Origin: Anthoceros angustus
Taxonomy: Eukaryota; Plantae; Anthocerotophyta
Assembly (NCBI GenBank): GCA_010909165.1
Contig: VJWM01000011.1
Coordinates: forward strand, 310,001-374,000
Length of the DNA stretch: 64,000 nt
Direction of reading: 5' to 3'
This document shows positions 11,931 to 23,700 of this stretch, piece by piece. Position 1 is the stretch's first letter, and each line of letters opens with the position of its first letter. Below the pieces are notes generated by a model. That model made no database searches and was not told the DNA's origin. It saw only the letters and a program-made list of their open reading frames with translations. The translations under genes were made by a program, and so were the position numbers.

Positions 11931-12339
11931 GAGACAAGCACTTCAAGTTAGGGAGGCACTCAAAATTGGCAGCCACCTCAAGTTAGGCAGGCACACCAAA
12001 ATTGGCAGCCACCTCAAGTTAGGCGTCAGGTGGAGGCACATAAGATTGTGCGAGCACATATGCTTGAGGCGTGGCGGGCACTCAAAATTGGCAGCCACCT
12101 CAAGTTAGGCAGGCACACCAAATTGGCAGCCACCTCAAGTTAGGCAGGCACACACACTCACAATTGGCGGGCACATAAGATTGTGCAGCACATGCTTGGG
12201 CGTGGCCAGGCACTCAAAATTGGCAGCCACCTCAAGTTAGGCGGGCACACCAAATTGGCAGCCACCTCAAGTTAGGCGGGCACACACTCGTGGCGGGCAC
12301 ATAAGATTGTGGAGCACATATGCTTGGGCGTGACGGGCA
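11931..12339. repeat. Higher-order minisatellite: 3 units of ~120-130 bp, each with two ~35-bp monomers plus a linker
   Basis: Monomer aaattggcagccacctcaagttaggc(a/g)ggcacacc occurs six times. Linker cacataagattgtg...gcttg(a/g)gcgtg occurs three times. Units start near 11958, 12079 and 12211. Confidence 0.95.
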
Positions 12340-12686
12340 TTTGCACCTCGCGCATAAAAACTTTGCATCGTCTGAGCTCATTACCTAGAGCCAGAATCGG
12401 TGGTGGAGGTGCTCGCACCCACACCATCCACAGTGTGCCATCTAGTGTCGTGTCTGCGTCATGCTCCATCTTGGGCTTGGTTTGTGAAGTGCGGTCGAAG
12501 GTGGCTTTGCGGATCACTGCGTTTGGAATTCCAAATGAACTTGGGATTGCCTCACAAGGGCAGCCATCCGCCTCGTAGTGCACCGTGGGAGTTCACTTGG
12601 CACGAGCTTGTCTTGGACTCCTTCTCCTTCCTGTATTTTTACTTCAAATTCTCCATTCTCTTTTTGCCTCAAGCCGGCCAATACCT

Positions 12687-12857
12687 CTCCTACCATGGTA
12701 GGAGCTATTCTACACCGGTAGGTGATCAAAACATTAGGGTCATTCTCCTCGGTGGTAGGCTCTATCCTACCCTCGTCTACCATGGTAGGAGTTTCTCCTA
12801 CGGTGGTAGGAAACCTCCTACCACTCATGTAGGTTACCTTTTCTCCTCACCAGTAGG
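12687..12857. repeat. Cluster of short palindromic cctac...gtagg motifs downstream of gypsy pol
   Basis: Perfect 18-bp ctcctaccatggtaggag at 12687-12704, plus about six degenerate copies. Confidence 0.8.
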
Positions 12858-13070
12858 TCGTTTTGACCCGTTTCTTTTCCCATATCCTCTGCCTTCCGAT
12901 GGTCCTACAACTCCGCTCAAAAGGAGCAAAAATTTCCTTGCATGTCTTCACCAAACCATTTCTAGCAAAGAGTGTGGGCTGTTTCAACGAACTCATTTAA
13001 GCTAGTTGCCCAAACTTTTTGCGTTCCACATACTCCCCTCCTCACTGTTTGCGTCCTCGCAAACAGATAC

Positions 13071-16000
13071 TCAGTGAAGGTACTTCTTAACCTTCCACCC
13101 ATTCACTCTAGTTGGCGCAAATCCCCATCCGGCACCGTGGTTGCGGATCCATTCTCATACTGCCACCACCTCGTAAGGTCCCATCCATCTCAATCTAAGC
13201 TTCCACAGGAAGTCCATATACGGCTATCATATAGAAGAACCAAATCCCGGCCATGATAGCTTCTTGCTTCCTCAACTTCCCATCATGCCTATCCTTTCTA
13301 AGCTCCACAATTATTTGAGTTTCTTCTAAAGCATCTTCCCTCGTTCCTCATGCTCTATGAAAGATTCTAGTCTAGCTACAGCTATCCTCTGATCATCGCT
13401 CATCCTCCATGATTCTATAGGTAGGTACTTCAAATTCCACGCATCACGGAGACATGCCATATGTTAAATAATAAGGGGTCTTCTTGGTTGTCACCTTCTC
13501 TGCATCTGTAAGCCCATAGCTTGAATGTAAGTGTCCCAATCATACATGTGAGTCACGATTACCTTGGTCAAGATTGTACACAACAGCCCATTCGTTTTCT
13601 CCGTCAAACCATTCGCTTTGGGATTGTAAGGAGTTGTCTTTCGATCTTAGAATGTTGAAGTAGGTGGTGAGAGTCTCAATCAGTTGAGGAAATGAGTTCC
13701 CCTCAGACCAACTCAAAAGGACATCCATACCTCGTTATAATGTTCTCAAGAGAAACTTGCTCTGCGCGTCGTCCTTCCTTGTTGCTTGACCTCCACCATC
13801 TTTGTACAATAGTCCGTAGCCACCAAGATATATTGCTTCCTTGTCCATTGTGTGGGTGGCTTGATTGGACCTACAAAATCTATACCCACTTCTCAAATGG
13901 TGCCAAAGGTAGTATGTAGGTGAGAGGCCATTGTGTTGACAAAGTGGGCCTTCCAACCCTCGACACGCATCACACCTCCTAATAAATTCCACACATCCCT
14001 CGCATTGTAGCCCACGAGCTGCATCCAAGACCTTCTTCACGGTGATTTGCGTCGAATAATGACCACCAGCCTCTTACGCATGTAAAGCTTACGTGACCAG
14101 CGCTTCTCTAATTTCCGGACATCGAATCTTCTCGTGGACCAAGCTTGTACACAAGACCCCATCTCGTAGGCAATAAGGGGCTGTCTTGTGAGAAAAAGCT
14201 CGCCCTCCCTAGACAAACCATCGGGCATGATTCCATGCTCTAGAAAATTTACCTCACCATTCAACGGTATCTTGGGCATGAACGCCCCTCACGTTCTAAT
14301 CTCCTCCTTCCACGCATACCACGTCGCCTCCTGCTAGCTCGCCCACCAGCAGCCCCAGGCGTTGTTCCATCCACAAATCCAGTTTCTCCCGCTTTGTCCA
14401 TCTTGCAAGTTTTGAGCTGCGGCCGTTTTGCATGCTCCTCCTCCAACAACGTTCTGATTTCTTCCATTCCTGCTGGTCTAGCCTCGTGTCCAGGTCCAGC
14501 TCGTGCTCCCATGGCGACCTCCTCGCCTTCCTGCACCTCCATGGCCACCTCATGAGTGATTTCCCATGAATCTGCCATTTTCTTCTCCTGCAGTTTTGCT
14601 CAAGCTTGTCATGGGATGCATCTCCTTCCTCGCCCTCTAGCGCACCTACCTCCCTAGGGTCGTCTCCTTCTCACGGCCCCATGGCGCCTGGCTTTTGGCC
14701 ACGCCAAGTGTGGGCGCCTTTTCTTTTGCTTGAAACTGATGCTCCCATATCCGTTTTTGCTTCTTTTTTTTGCCAACGTGTGGCCTCCACTTGCAGCCCT
14801 CCTGACTGCTCACCCTTGAGGAGCATTCCAGCCTCCTCCTCGCGCCCTTGCTGGTGCCCTTTTATCCTCTCGGTTCCAGTTGTCCTGCTGCGGCTTTCAC
14901 ACTGCGCTCCCTTCTTGCTCATTTGACCTCTGCAGCAAGACTTGCTGATCAATGCTTAGGCCGTCACAACATGCTCACGTCCTCCCCTTTGACCCGGTGG
15001 CAACCAACTCCTCGTCAGGAAATCGGTCATCTGTGGCTTCAAGTCGCTCTCCAGTTTTCAGACGAGAAATGAAATCAGCATTCTGATGTTGCTTCCATGG
15101 CCTAGTTTCTACGTCATAATCAAACTCTTGTAGCAGTACCCACGGCAATCCTTCACGACAAATCGGCTTGTTCAAGGTACTTCAGCAAAATGGTCAACAT
15201 GAAACGTCACTTTGCAAGCAAGCAGATAGTGTCTAAACTTCTTACAGGAGTAAATGATACCAAGACCCTCCCGCTCTGTGGTTGAGTAGTTCTTCTCAGC
15301 ATCCGTGAGTTGTCTACCGGCATAGAAAATCGGATGATCCCGTTTCTTCTCGTCCTTACGGCTTAAGATGGTCCCAATGGCATAGCGGACACATCCACGT
15401 ATACATGAAACGGTTTCTCCCAATCGGCTGTAACGTTGGTGCGCTCACCAGCTGTCCTTGTGAAAAGCCTCTGTCTTGCGGTCCATTCGAAAGGTGTATC
15501 CTTCTTGGTCAATTGTGTCAGCAAGGCTGCCTTCTTAGCAAAATCCTTGATGAACCTCCTGTAATATCCTACCAGTCCTACAAAGCACGCTTTGCCTCAC
15601 CGTTTGTGGTGCGTCCATCTCTATAAGCGCCACCTTCTCCTTATCTACCGCAATCCTCTTCTTGAAACTCGATGTGCCAACAAAATACCTTCCGTCATAC
15701 CAAAATAACACTTCCACGGATGAAGTTTCATGTTGGACTCCACACGCCGAAAACATTGTCTTAGGTGTCTAGGTGCCTTCCTCCTTCAAACACGCAAAAT
15801 CATCCGAATACCTCCATGAACTTCCGGAAAATCTCGGAAGATAGCATTCACCACCTGAAAGTGGCGGGGCGTTGCACAACCCGAAAGGTAGCTTGGAATA
15901 AGCGTAAGTGCCCCAATCGGTTGTGAACGTAGTCTTGTCACGATCCTCCTCCTCATGAAATCGATTGTAACCCGGTACCCATCTAAGCTGTACATTTCAT

Positions 16001-16520
16001 GGCCGACCGTGTACACTGTCCATGAAAGGCAAGGTGGTGGTCCTTCTTCGTTGCTTCATTAAGCTTCACGAAATCTTGACACACCGTACCTTCCCTGTTG
16101 CTTCTTAGGTACAATTACAATGGGGCGACCCACTCCTTTGGTAAGCAGGATAAATCACCCGGCTTCCAAGTATTGGTCGGTGATCCTTGACGACCATAGA
16201 ATACTTGGGATTCAGCCTGTATTGCTTGATCCTTACAGGAGTACTGCCCTCCTTCAAATCGATTCGATGTATCCCCAGTTCTTCCGGAATTCCTGTCATG
16301 TCAGTAATCTTGAAGGCAAACACATCGGCATATTCTCTAAGGACCCTACGAAACTCTTCTTTTTCTACCACTCTTAGGTGCCTGGAGATCTTGACCACCT
16401 TGCTGGGCTCTAGCTCCAAGTCCTCTACCGCATCTGGATCTACATAAGTCCCTTAAGATTCGGGCGGGCTAGGTAATGACGAGATTACCGGGACTTATGG
16501 ATCCCGGGCGGTTGCAAAGG
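13071..16520 (-). mobile_element. Ty3/gypsy (non-chromovirus, Tat/Athila-like) pol: RT-RNaseH-integrase, degenerate
   Basis: Minus-strand fragments: HRIDLKEGSTPVRIKQYRLNPKY; FMEVF.DDF (~15800); GYYRRFIKDFAKKAA; YAGRQLTDAEKNYSTTEREGLGIIYSCKKFRHYL; ADFISRL; integrase core LIETLTTYFNI with NGLTEKTNG; C-terminal DLVLLYDSR...WMGPYEVV...RVNG. The RT-RH-INT order is gypsy. There are many frameshifts, and LTRs were not identified. Confidence 0.9.
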
Positions 16521-19500
16521 AACCAGGGTCTGCAACCCTACAAATAAAGGGCCTTTTTTTGGCTCCACTGCGACTTGGAAGGCACCGTAAGGGGACAGCT
16601 CTTCGCGGAAAAGAAGGCCAAAAATAAGGTATTCCCCTTCTTTTCGGAGTGAATTGCGAACAGCGCCGTTACTTTGTCCGTCTTTGATGTGAAAGGCCCA
16701 TGAGAAAGAAGGGTACTTCTCATCTTTCTATGAAACGGCGCAGTGCCTTCGAACTGCCATTGTGAAAGGCCCTTCACACAACAAACACAACTCGCCATTG
16801 CTACTGCTGACAAAAGAACCCTAAAAAGAGAATTTCTCCCGTTTTCCTTGTGCATTCCAATTTCCGGCTTTTCGACGTGGATTGGTTTATCATCCGCTGC
16901 CATGGTAGCCTCCGCGTCAGTTTCCCAGAGGCATTTTTCTTGACAAGTCCGTCAGCCCGGAATACGGCATGTCGACTCCCGAGGATTGCCATGGCTGAGG
17001 AGCTGCCGAGAACAAGAGCTGAGGAGCTGGGATTTTGATCTACATAGTCGGTAGTCCCTGAGCTTTGCAAGAAAGGGTTTGTCTCTTGGAAAGTGAACAA
17101 AATCAGAGCTGAGGACCGGTGAAAGGCCCGAATCTTCTGTCAGTCCCGACACTCCCAAGGACAGGCAAGGACGGTCCTGAAAGACGATCAGCTGAGTTTT
17201 GACTGACTTTCTTGAAGACGAAAGAGCCTGGTTCCCCCCTGAAGTCGTTATGCCCCTGAGCGGTCATACACACGAAAACGAACTTGGGAAAGTGGCAGAT
17301 GGGAAGACCCCTGGCTCAACATGTTGCTACACCACTTGGTCGACTTGTTTGTCCCAAGCGTGGCACTTCGATCCGCAATAGGACTTCGATCCCACGACAA
17401 GAACGATCCCGTTGTGCCTTGGATAGGGTGGTAATGACTCTTATGTAGGAGGATGAGTCGGTGCCGGTGTTGCTTGCTCTCGTCTACCACTGGTTTTCTC
17501 ATCAGCTTGGGCACATTGTTCTAAGGGAGTCCGCGCAATGTGGTCCGTGATTCTCCTGCATCCGTTTGAAGGGCTTCGTCAGTGCATTCCGATTGCAACT
17601 TTGGGGAGTGGGTGGTAGATAATTTAGCTCCCAAGGTAAACTAGAACGGTGTCGTGGGAAAGGGATAAGGGCGAACGGTTGGGAGGCTGGAGCGCCAAGC
17701 GATGGCGGCGGTTGGATGAAGGAGCCTTCCAGCCTGTGATCAAGGAGAGAGGCCCACACACAAACCCCAACGGACGGACATAGACATCAACGAGTGGGTT
17801 ATTAGGTTGTAGCGTACGTAGCGGTGAAACCATGGCCAAGCCGGAATCATACTCGGGTGACGAACACATTCCGCAACCGCAACAGATTCGGCAGCAGCCG
17901 GTTCACAGGCCGCACAGCCGGGGAGGAGCGTGCAGGTTTGATCGCCGGAGACAGCAGCAGCAGCATCAGCAGCAGGTGCCGCAGCAGGCGGGAGGAGGCC
18001 TAGAGACGGAATGCCAGAAAACGATGGACGCAGCCCTGGAGGAGGCAATGCAGGAGAGCCACAAGTGCTTCTCGGACGCCCTGGTGAACTTCTCGGGCTT
18101 CGTTGCCACCTTCGGGCTGGACGCCGCGCCTAACCCCAAACAGAACCTCGAGGCTCCTCCCTCGCCTTAGAATAATCAGCCACAACCAATTCTTCCTCCT
18201 CCACGATATCTGATCTTCCTCACACCTGTGCAAGGAAGGGGGCCTGGCGGGCAACCCTCAGCAGCAAGGGCAGGCCGAGGACCGACTTCCTTGAACCCTA
18301 GTGTAGGAAAAGCAAAGCCAGGGCAGGGCAGACATCTCACGACAAGACACAAACTCGATCTTGCACGGCCGTTTCTTGACAGGCGAGAGAACCCTGATCC
18401 AAATCTAGCTTCCAACCACATCCCAAACACAGATCCCCCTACCGTGCACACATTAGCTAAGGATGTATGCGCAGTCCGGCCACACCATCCACACCGGACA
18501 CCACAACAGCACAGCAAATGAAATCAAAGCAAAGCAAAGCCATCCGATCCCGAGAGACTAGGGCACGGAACAGAAAGATTCCAAGCCAAGCCCTGCTTCT
18601 ACCATGCAAAGCTGCAACCAATTCCTCGTCCTGTGTCCCTTCCCTACCTCCCAGCAGGCGGCATCATGACGAGGAACAGCATACCTAGTCTACATACATG
18701 ATGTAATCAGTGTGAGGCTGTGAGAGACAAGATGAGCAAACCAAACCATTCTGGAGAGCCTGATGATAAGGGCGTTGTCCTACACAGCGAGGAAACGAAA
18801 AGGCTCCTGCCTGGCCATCGCCATCGCATGTCTGCTAGGACCTCATCTGCTGCCGTGCTACAGGATGCATGCAACGGTATGCGGGCAGCGAGAAGCAGAT
18901 ACACCAACGCAATGTGCGTTTTAGAAACGAGGCTAAAAAGTGCATTCGACGGGCGAGAACCACGCACGTCACAGGGTGAGAAAGGCTATTAAAGGCTGTA
19001 ATCAGAGCATTTTGCGCTGCTGTACGGGCCAGGAGGCGGGTCTGTCGGGGAGGGAATCAATCAGGCCAGAGGAGCCGTGTTGTTTTGCAGGCGCGTTGTT
19101 TGGCTTTGGGCTGGCATTGGGTCGGAGCCTCGAAGGGTGGCCGGCCCAGGCCAATAAACGAAGCCCGCCTTCCCACCTAGATATTTGCCATACTGGGAAC
19201 CTAGTTCACTATACCTAAATAAAAGACAAACTATAAAAGAGAAATTTAAGTGGTTCCAGGAAGCGGACGCATGTCCTTCCCAGAATGCTAGTTGCCAGTT
19301 GTAAAGGAGACGGTCGTCCAGTCCAGTCCAGTCCTCGCCTTCTTTCACTCACTCACTCCCTCATTCACTCAGTCATGGAAAGAGCCGGACTTTGCATATG
19401 CGGGACATTTGCTGGCATAGCCATGTATCAGGCTAGACAAAGTCTTGCAATGGGGAGTCCTTACCGGAAGGTTTCCTTACCAGAACTGCACTTGGGCTTG

Positions 19501-20722
19501 GTATACCTACTGAACTTTCATGAGGTATAGCATTTATACAACATCTAAAGTCTTGGAGTATTGTAGTACTCGCAGGAAGAAGTCGATACTCTAAAGTTTG
19601 TTTTATATGTTTCACAAATCTATAATTTTAAATAAATAAATAAAATTTAAATAATAAGCTGAAGTAAAATCTTGTAGATATTATGTAGTTACTTAGATAC
19701 ATGAGCGGAGCAAGCGTATGCAAGTAGAGCATAGTAGTGGTAAAGAGTTGGTCAAGGCGGCTGGTCAAGAGTGGATGCTCCTAGGCAAGTGAAGGAGAAG
19801 TTTTTTTTTTTTTTGAAGTCCACCAAAGGACCCTGACCGTGAACGCAGTGTTGGGCGAGTGCAGGTGGGAGCGATGTTGCTGACCCGGTCAAGTCGGCCA
19901 GGCCTGCCCAGAAGGTTCCGCGCGACACAAGTCAAGCAGAAGCGATTAATTGTGGGGTCACCCGGGCCCGGATGCCTTGGACGCAATTACGTCAGGCTGC
20001 AGCGAGCCCGGGTTCGAACCCGGGGTCTGGGGCGGGGCCGGGTTCGAACCGCGGGCGCGCATCGCATGGACCGCCATGTGGCGCGGGGCATCGGGCTTGG
20101 CTCTGTGCTCCTTGTCGCGTTCCAGTCGCGAGACGCGAGACGCGAAACGCGAAACGCGATTCATGGCGTGCAGGAGCCTCCTGTTCCTGTTGCCCAGGCG
20201 CTGACTGCCCGGGGTCCTGCCGCCTGTGAGAGACCGGACTCCAGTCCCGCCTAGACGAGGACGGCAATCCACCCGGGTCGCCTGAGCCCGGCCCGGGCGG
20301 CCGTGTCCAGAATCGTTCAAGGCCCCTGCCACCGCACACCTTCTCCACCGCCTTCTCCCTTTTCCCTTCCCTTCCCTTCGCCTCCCATCCCTGCCGCCTC
20401 CCAGTCCTCCGGGCCACCAGCAGCAGCAGCAGCTGCAGGACCCATCCACCGCCCACTCTGTCCCATCCGTGAAGGCCAGGATCATGTCCGCCTCCCCGTC
20501 CCCTGCACCCGCCGCCCCCACTGCCGCCATAGCCGCCTCCTCCGAGCGCTGCGACGAGCCTGGATGCGAGGAAGTGTGCGAAGGGCCGCCCGCAGCTGAC
20601 CAGCACCGCCGGGGGGTTCATTCCAGATTTGCAGCAGAATAGAGCTTGTGGGTTGTTGCGAGAGTGAGCGAGAGTTGAATGCGACAGGGTGTGCGTGTGA
20701 GTGTGAGTGATCGGCAGAAGAA

Positions 20723-23700
20723 ATGGCGGAGCTGGGCTTCAGCGGGACGTTCAAGGAGTCGGATCTGGACGCGAGCGCGCGCTTCGTCTCGCGTCAGAGC
20801 TCGTACCGGGAGTCGTTCCGGTACGAGGACTCCTTCCGCCGGAGCGACTCGGTGAGCGGGGCCTTCAGGCGGCAGGGCTCCGTGGGCGGGGATTTGTGGC
20901 GGCAGGGGAGCTACAGGGATCCCTACTTCTACTCGGGCTCCTTCCGGCAGGCCTCGTACAGGGATCGCTCCGGGGAGCTCCCGCGCCTGGGAGAGTCTTT
21001 CCGCCAGAGATCCTACCGGGCCAGGTCCCTGCGGCAGCAGTCCTACAAGGGGGATGACATTCTGCCCCGCCGGGACGACTTGGGCCTGGCCGGGGCCCCC
21101 ATTCCCGAAGGCTCCTACGCGGATCGGGATGGAGACTTCCCCGAGGACGAGCCCATGGTTCCCCCCGCCTTCAAATCTGTGCCTTTCTACAAGCTCTTCA
21201 AGTACGCCGACGCCTACGATATTGTGCTCATGATCTTGGGCACAATGGGAGCTATGGCCAACGGGCTTGTGTCTCCCTTCATCATCCTCATTCAGAGCCA
21301 GCTGGTGAACAAATTTGGCTCACTCTCGGCTAAGGACGCGTCCAGGATCTCTGGCGTCATTTCTAAAGTACGCAAGCTGCAAGTCCTGGGGTTTTCTCTT
21401 CTTCTCAGCTTTCGGATTGTTGTAGCTGGACCCCGGAGCTCATGGATTAGTTGGCTTGCCGCTTGCTTTGCAGTTTGTCTTGTACATGGTGTTCATCGGG
21501 CTCGGTGGATGGTTTGGCTCCTACCTCGGTTAGTCTCCCTTCTTTTGCTGACGAGAGCACGCGTGAATCATTCAATTTGGCGGTGGGTGTGGAATCTCGC
21601 TCACGTTTGCCGGGTGAAAAATCCGCAGAATTGAGCTGCTGGATGAAGACCGGAGAGCGGCAGTCTTCTCGCATCAGGGCGAAGTACCTGAGAGCCATCT
21701 TGAGACAGGACATTGGCTACTTCGACACCGCTGAGTCGGGGACTGCTGCACTTGTTGCTAATATTTCGGGGGATAGTCAAGTTCTGCAAGATGCCATCAG
21801 TGAGAAGGTAAGGCCACACAGGAATGGACGCCTTGTTTCTTTGCAGTTGCAATCTGCGATTGTGTCCCAAGGGATAGGGAACAGTATGCATGTAGCGAAG
21901 GGACCCATGTGCTGTTTTGTGTGCCGCAGGTTGGGAATTTCATAGCCACCTTCACGCAGTTCATCGGAGGATATGTGGTGGGCTTCTACCTGTCATGGAT
22001 CCTTACGCTCATCGCCATTTTCTTGACTCCTCTGCTGCTGCTCCCGGGGCTCTTCTACAAGTACGCCCTCACAGATCTGGCCGTGAAGCGTCACAAGGCG
22101 TATGACAAGGCCAGCATGATTGCCGACCAGGCCATCACTTCCATCAGGACCGTCTACTCGTATGCGGGAGAGAAGGAAGTGGTGAAGAATTACATCGAGT
22201 CTCTAGACGACACCGTGAAGATGGGTAAGAAGCAAGGTTTCTTCAAGGGCTTTGCCGTGGGGGCCACTGGCTTCGGCTTCATCATCTGGGGCGTGCTTGC
22301 CTGGGTCGGTAGCGTTCTCATCATCAATGGCTCGCGTAATGGCGGTCAAGTTCTCATGACCGGATTCGCTATCCTCATTGGTGGCATGTAAGTGGACATT
22401 ATGGCATTCTGTTCTTCACAAGTTCGTTGCTGGGTTGTGGTTGTTGTAAATTATGTCAGTGTGTCTGTACATGGCTTCCGTGCTGACGCCAGTTTTGGAT
22501 GCTCTGTATTCTCTTCTGCAGGGCACTTGGTCAGTTGGCGCCCAGCCTAAGAGCCTTCTCTGAGGGAGCTGTTGCCGGTCATCGTATGTTCTCCATGATA
22601 GATCGGGTGCCCGACATTGACCCAGATGATGTCAAGGGCGAAGTGTTGGGCCACATTAAAGGTCATCTGGAGCTGAAGAATGTGGATTTCACGTACCCTG
22701 CCCGACCGGAAGCCCCCATCTTCCAGAACTTCAGCCTGGACATCCCTGCTGGTCAGCCTCCATTTTCTTCTCTCATGCCGCTTCAATGAGTACTCCACTT
22801 GTTTGTACAGGGCTAACGTCTTGTGGCGTCGGCAGGCAAGAACGTGGCGCTTGTTGGGGCTAGTGGGTCTGGAAAATCAACCGTCATCGCCCTTCTGGAG
22901 AGGTTTTATGATCCGCAGGCAGGAACCATTCTGGTGGATGGTCACAACATCAAGTCCCTTCAGATTAAGTGGCTGAGGAGGCAAATTGGCCTGGTCAGCC
23001 AGGAACCTGCTCTGTTTGCAACCACCATCAAGGAGAACATTCTCTATGGTAAGGAGAATGCCACCATGGATGAGATCATCGCTGCTGCAAAGGCTGCTAA
23101 TGCGCACGACTTCATCTCCAGCTCTCCTGATGGCTACGACACGCAGGTAACAACGCCGTGGGCAACGATTCCCCCAAATGACTGACAAGTGGTTGTCGCT
23201 TCTGCCAATTCTCACAAAAGGATGGCCTGCATGTCAGGTTGGCGAGAGAGGTGCCCAACTGTCTGGAGGTCAGAAGCAGCGTATTGCTATTGCCCGTGCC
23301 ATGCTGAAGAATCCCCCAATTTTGCTTCTCGACGAGGCCACGAGTGCGTTGGATGCCGAGTCAGAGCGCATTGTGCAAGAGGCTTTGGAGAAGGCTTCTA
23401 TGGGGAGAACTACTGTGACTGTGGCACATAGATTATCCACCATCCAGAATGCGGACATTATTGCTGTAGTCCAGGCGGGCAAGGTGGTGGAGATGGGTCG
23501 TCACACGGAGCTTCTTCTGAGAGGGGAGAACGGTGCGTATGCCAATCTGGTGAAGCTACAGGCCGCACGTGAGCGGGAAGAAGAGGCTGATGAAGCTTCG
23601 GCACACACCTCCCGGAGCAGCTCGGTCAATTCTTCCAGGTCCAACTCCTTTGCACTGCGAGACGGCAAGTTCGACCCCAGGAATCTCAGCCGGGGTTCGT

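Noticed and set aside
11931-12339. CRISPR-like repeat/spacer appearance
   Set aside because: The context is eukaryotic, the intervening segments are themselves repeated rather than unique, and there are no cas genes. It is a minisatellite.
12340-19700. LTR pair for the gypsy element
   Set aside because: I could not find a direct repeat with TG...CA ends, a PBS or a clear PPT, so boundaries were left uncalled.
19801-20110. Possible tRNA-derived SINE (poly-T run plus B-box motifs)
   Set aside because: There is no convincing A-box and no target-site duplication.
19958-20621. Long GC-rich minus-strand ORFs upstream of ABCB
   Set aside because: They are low-complexity, overlap in several frames and show no domain, which is typical of a GC-rich promoter or 5' region.
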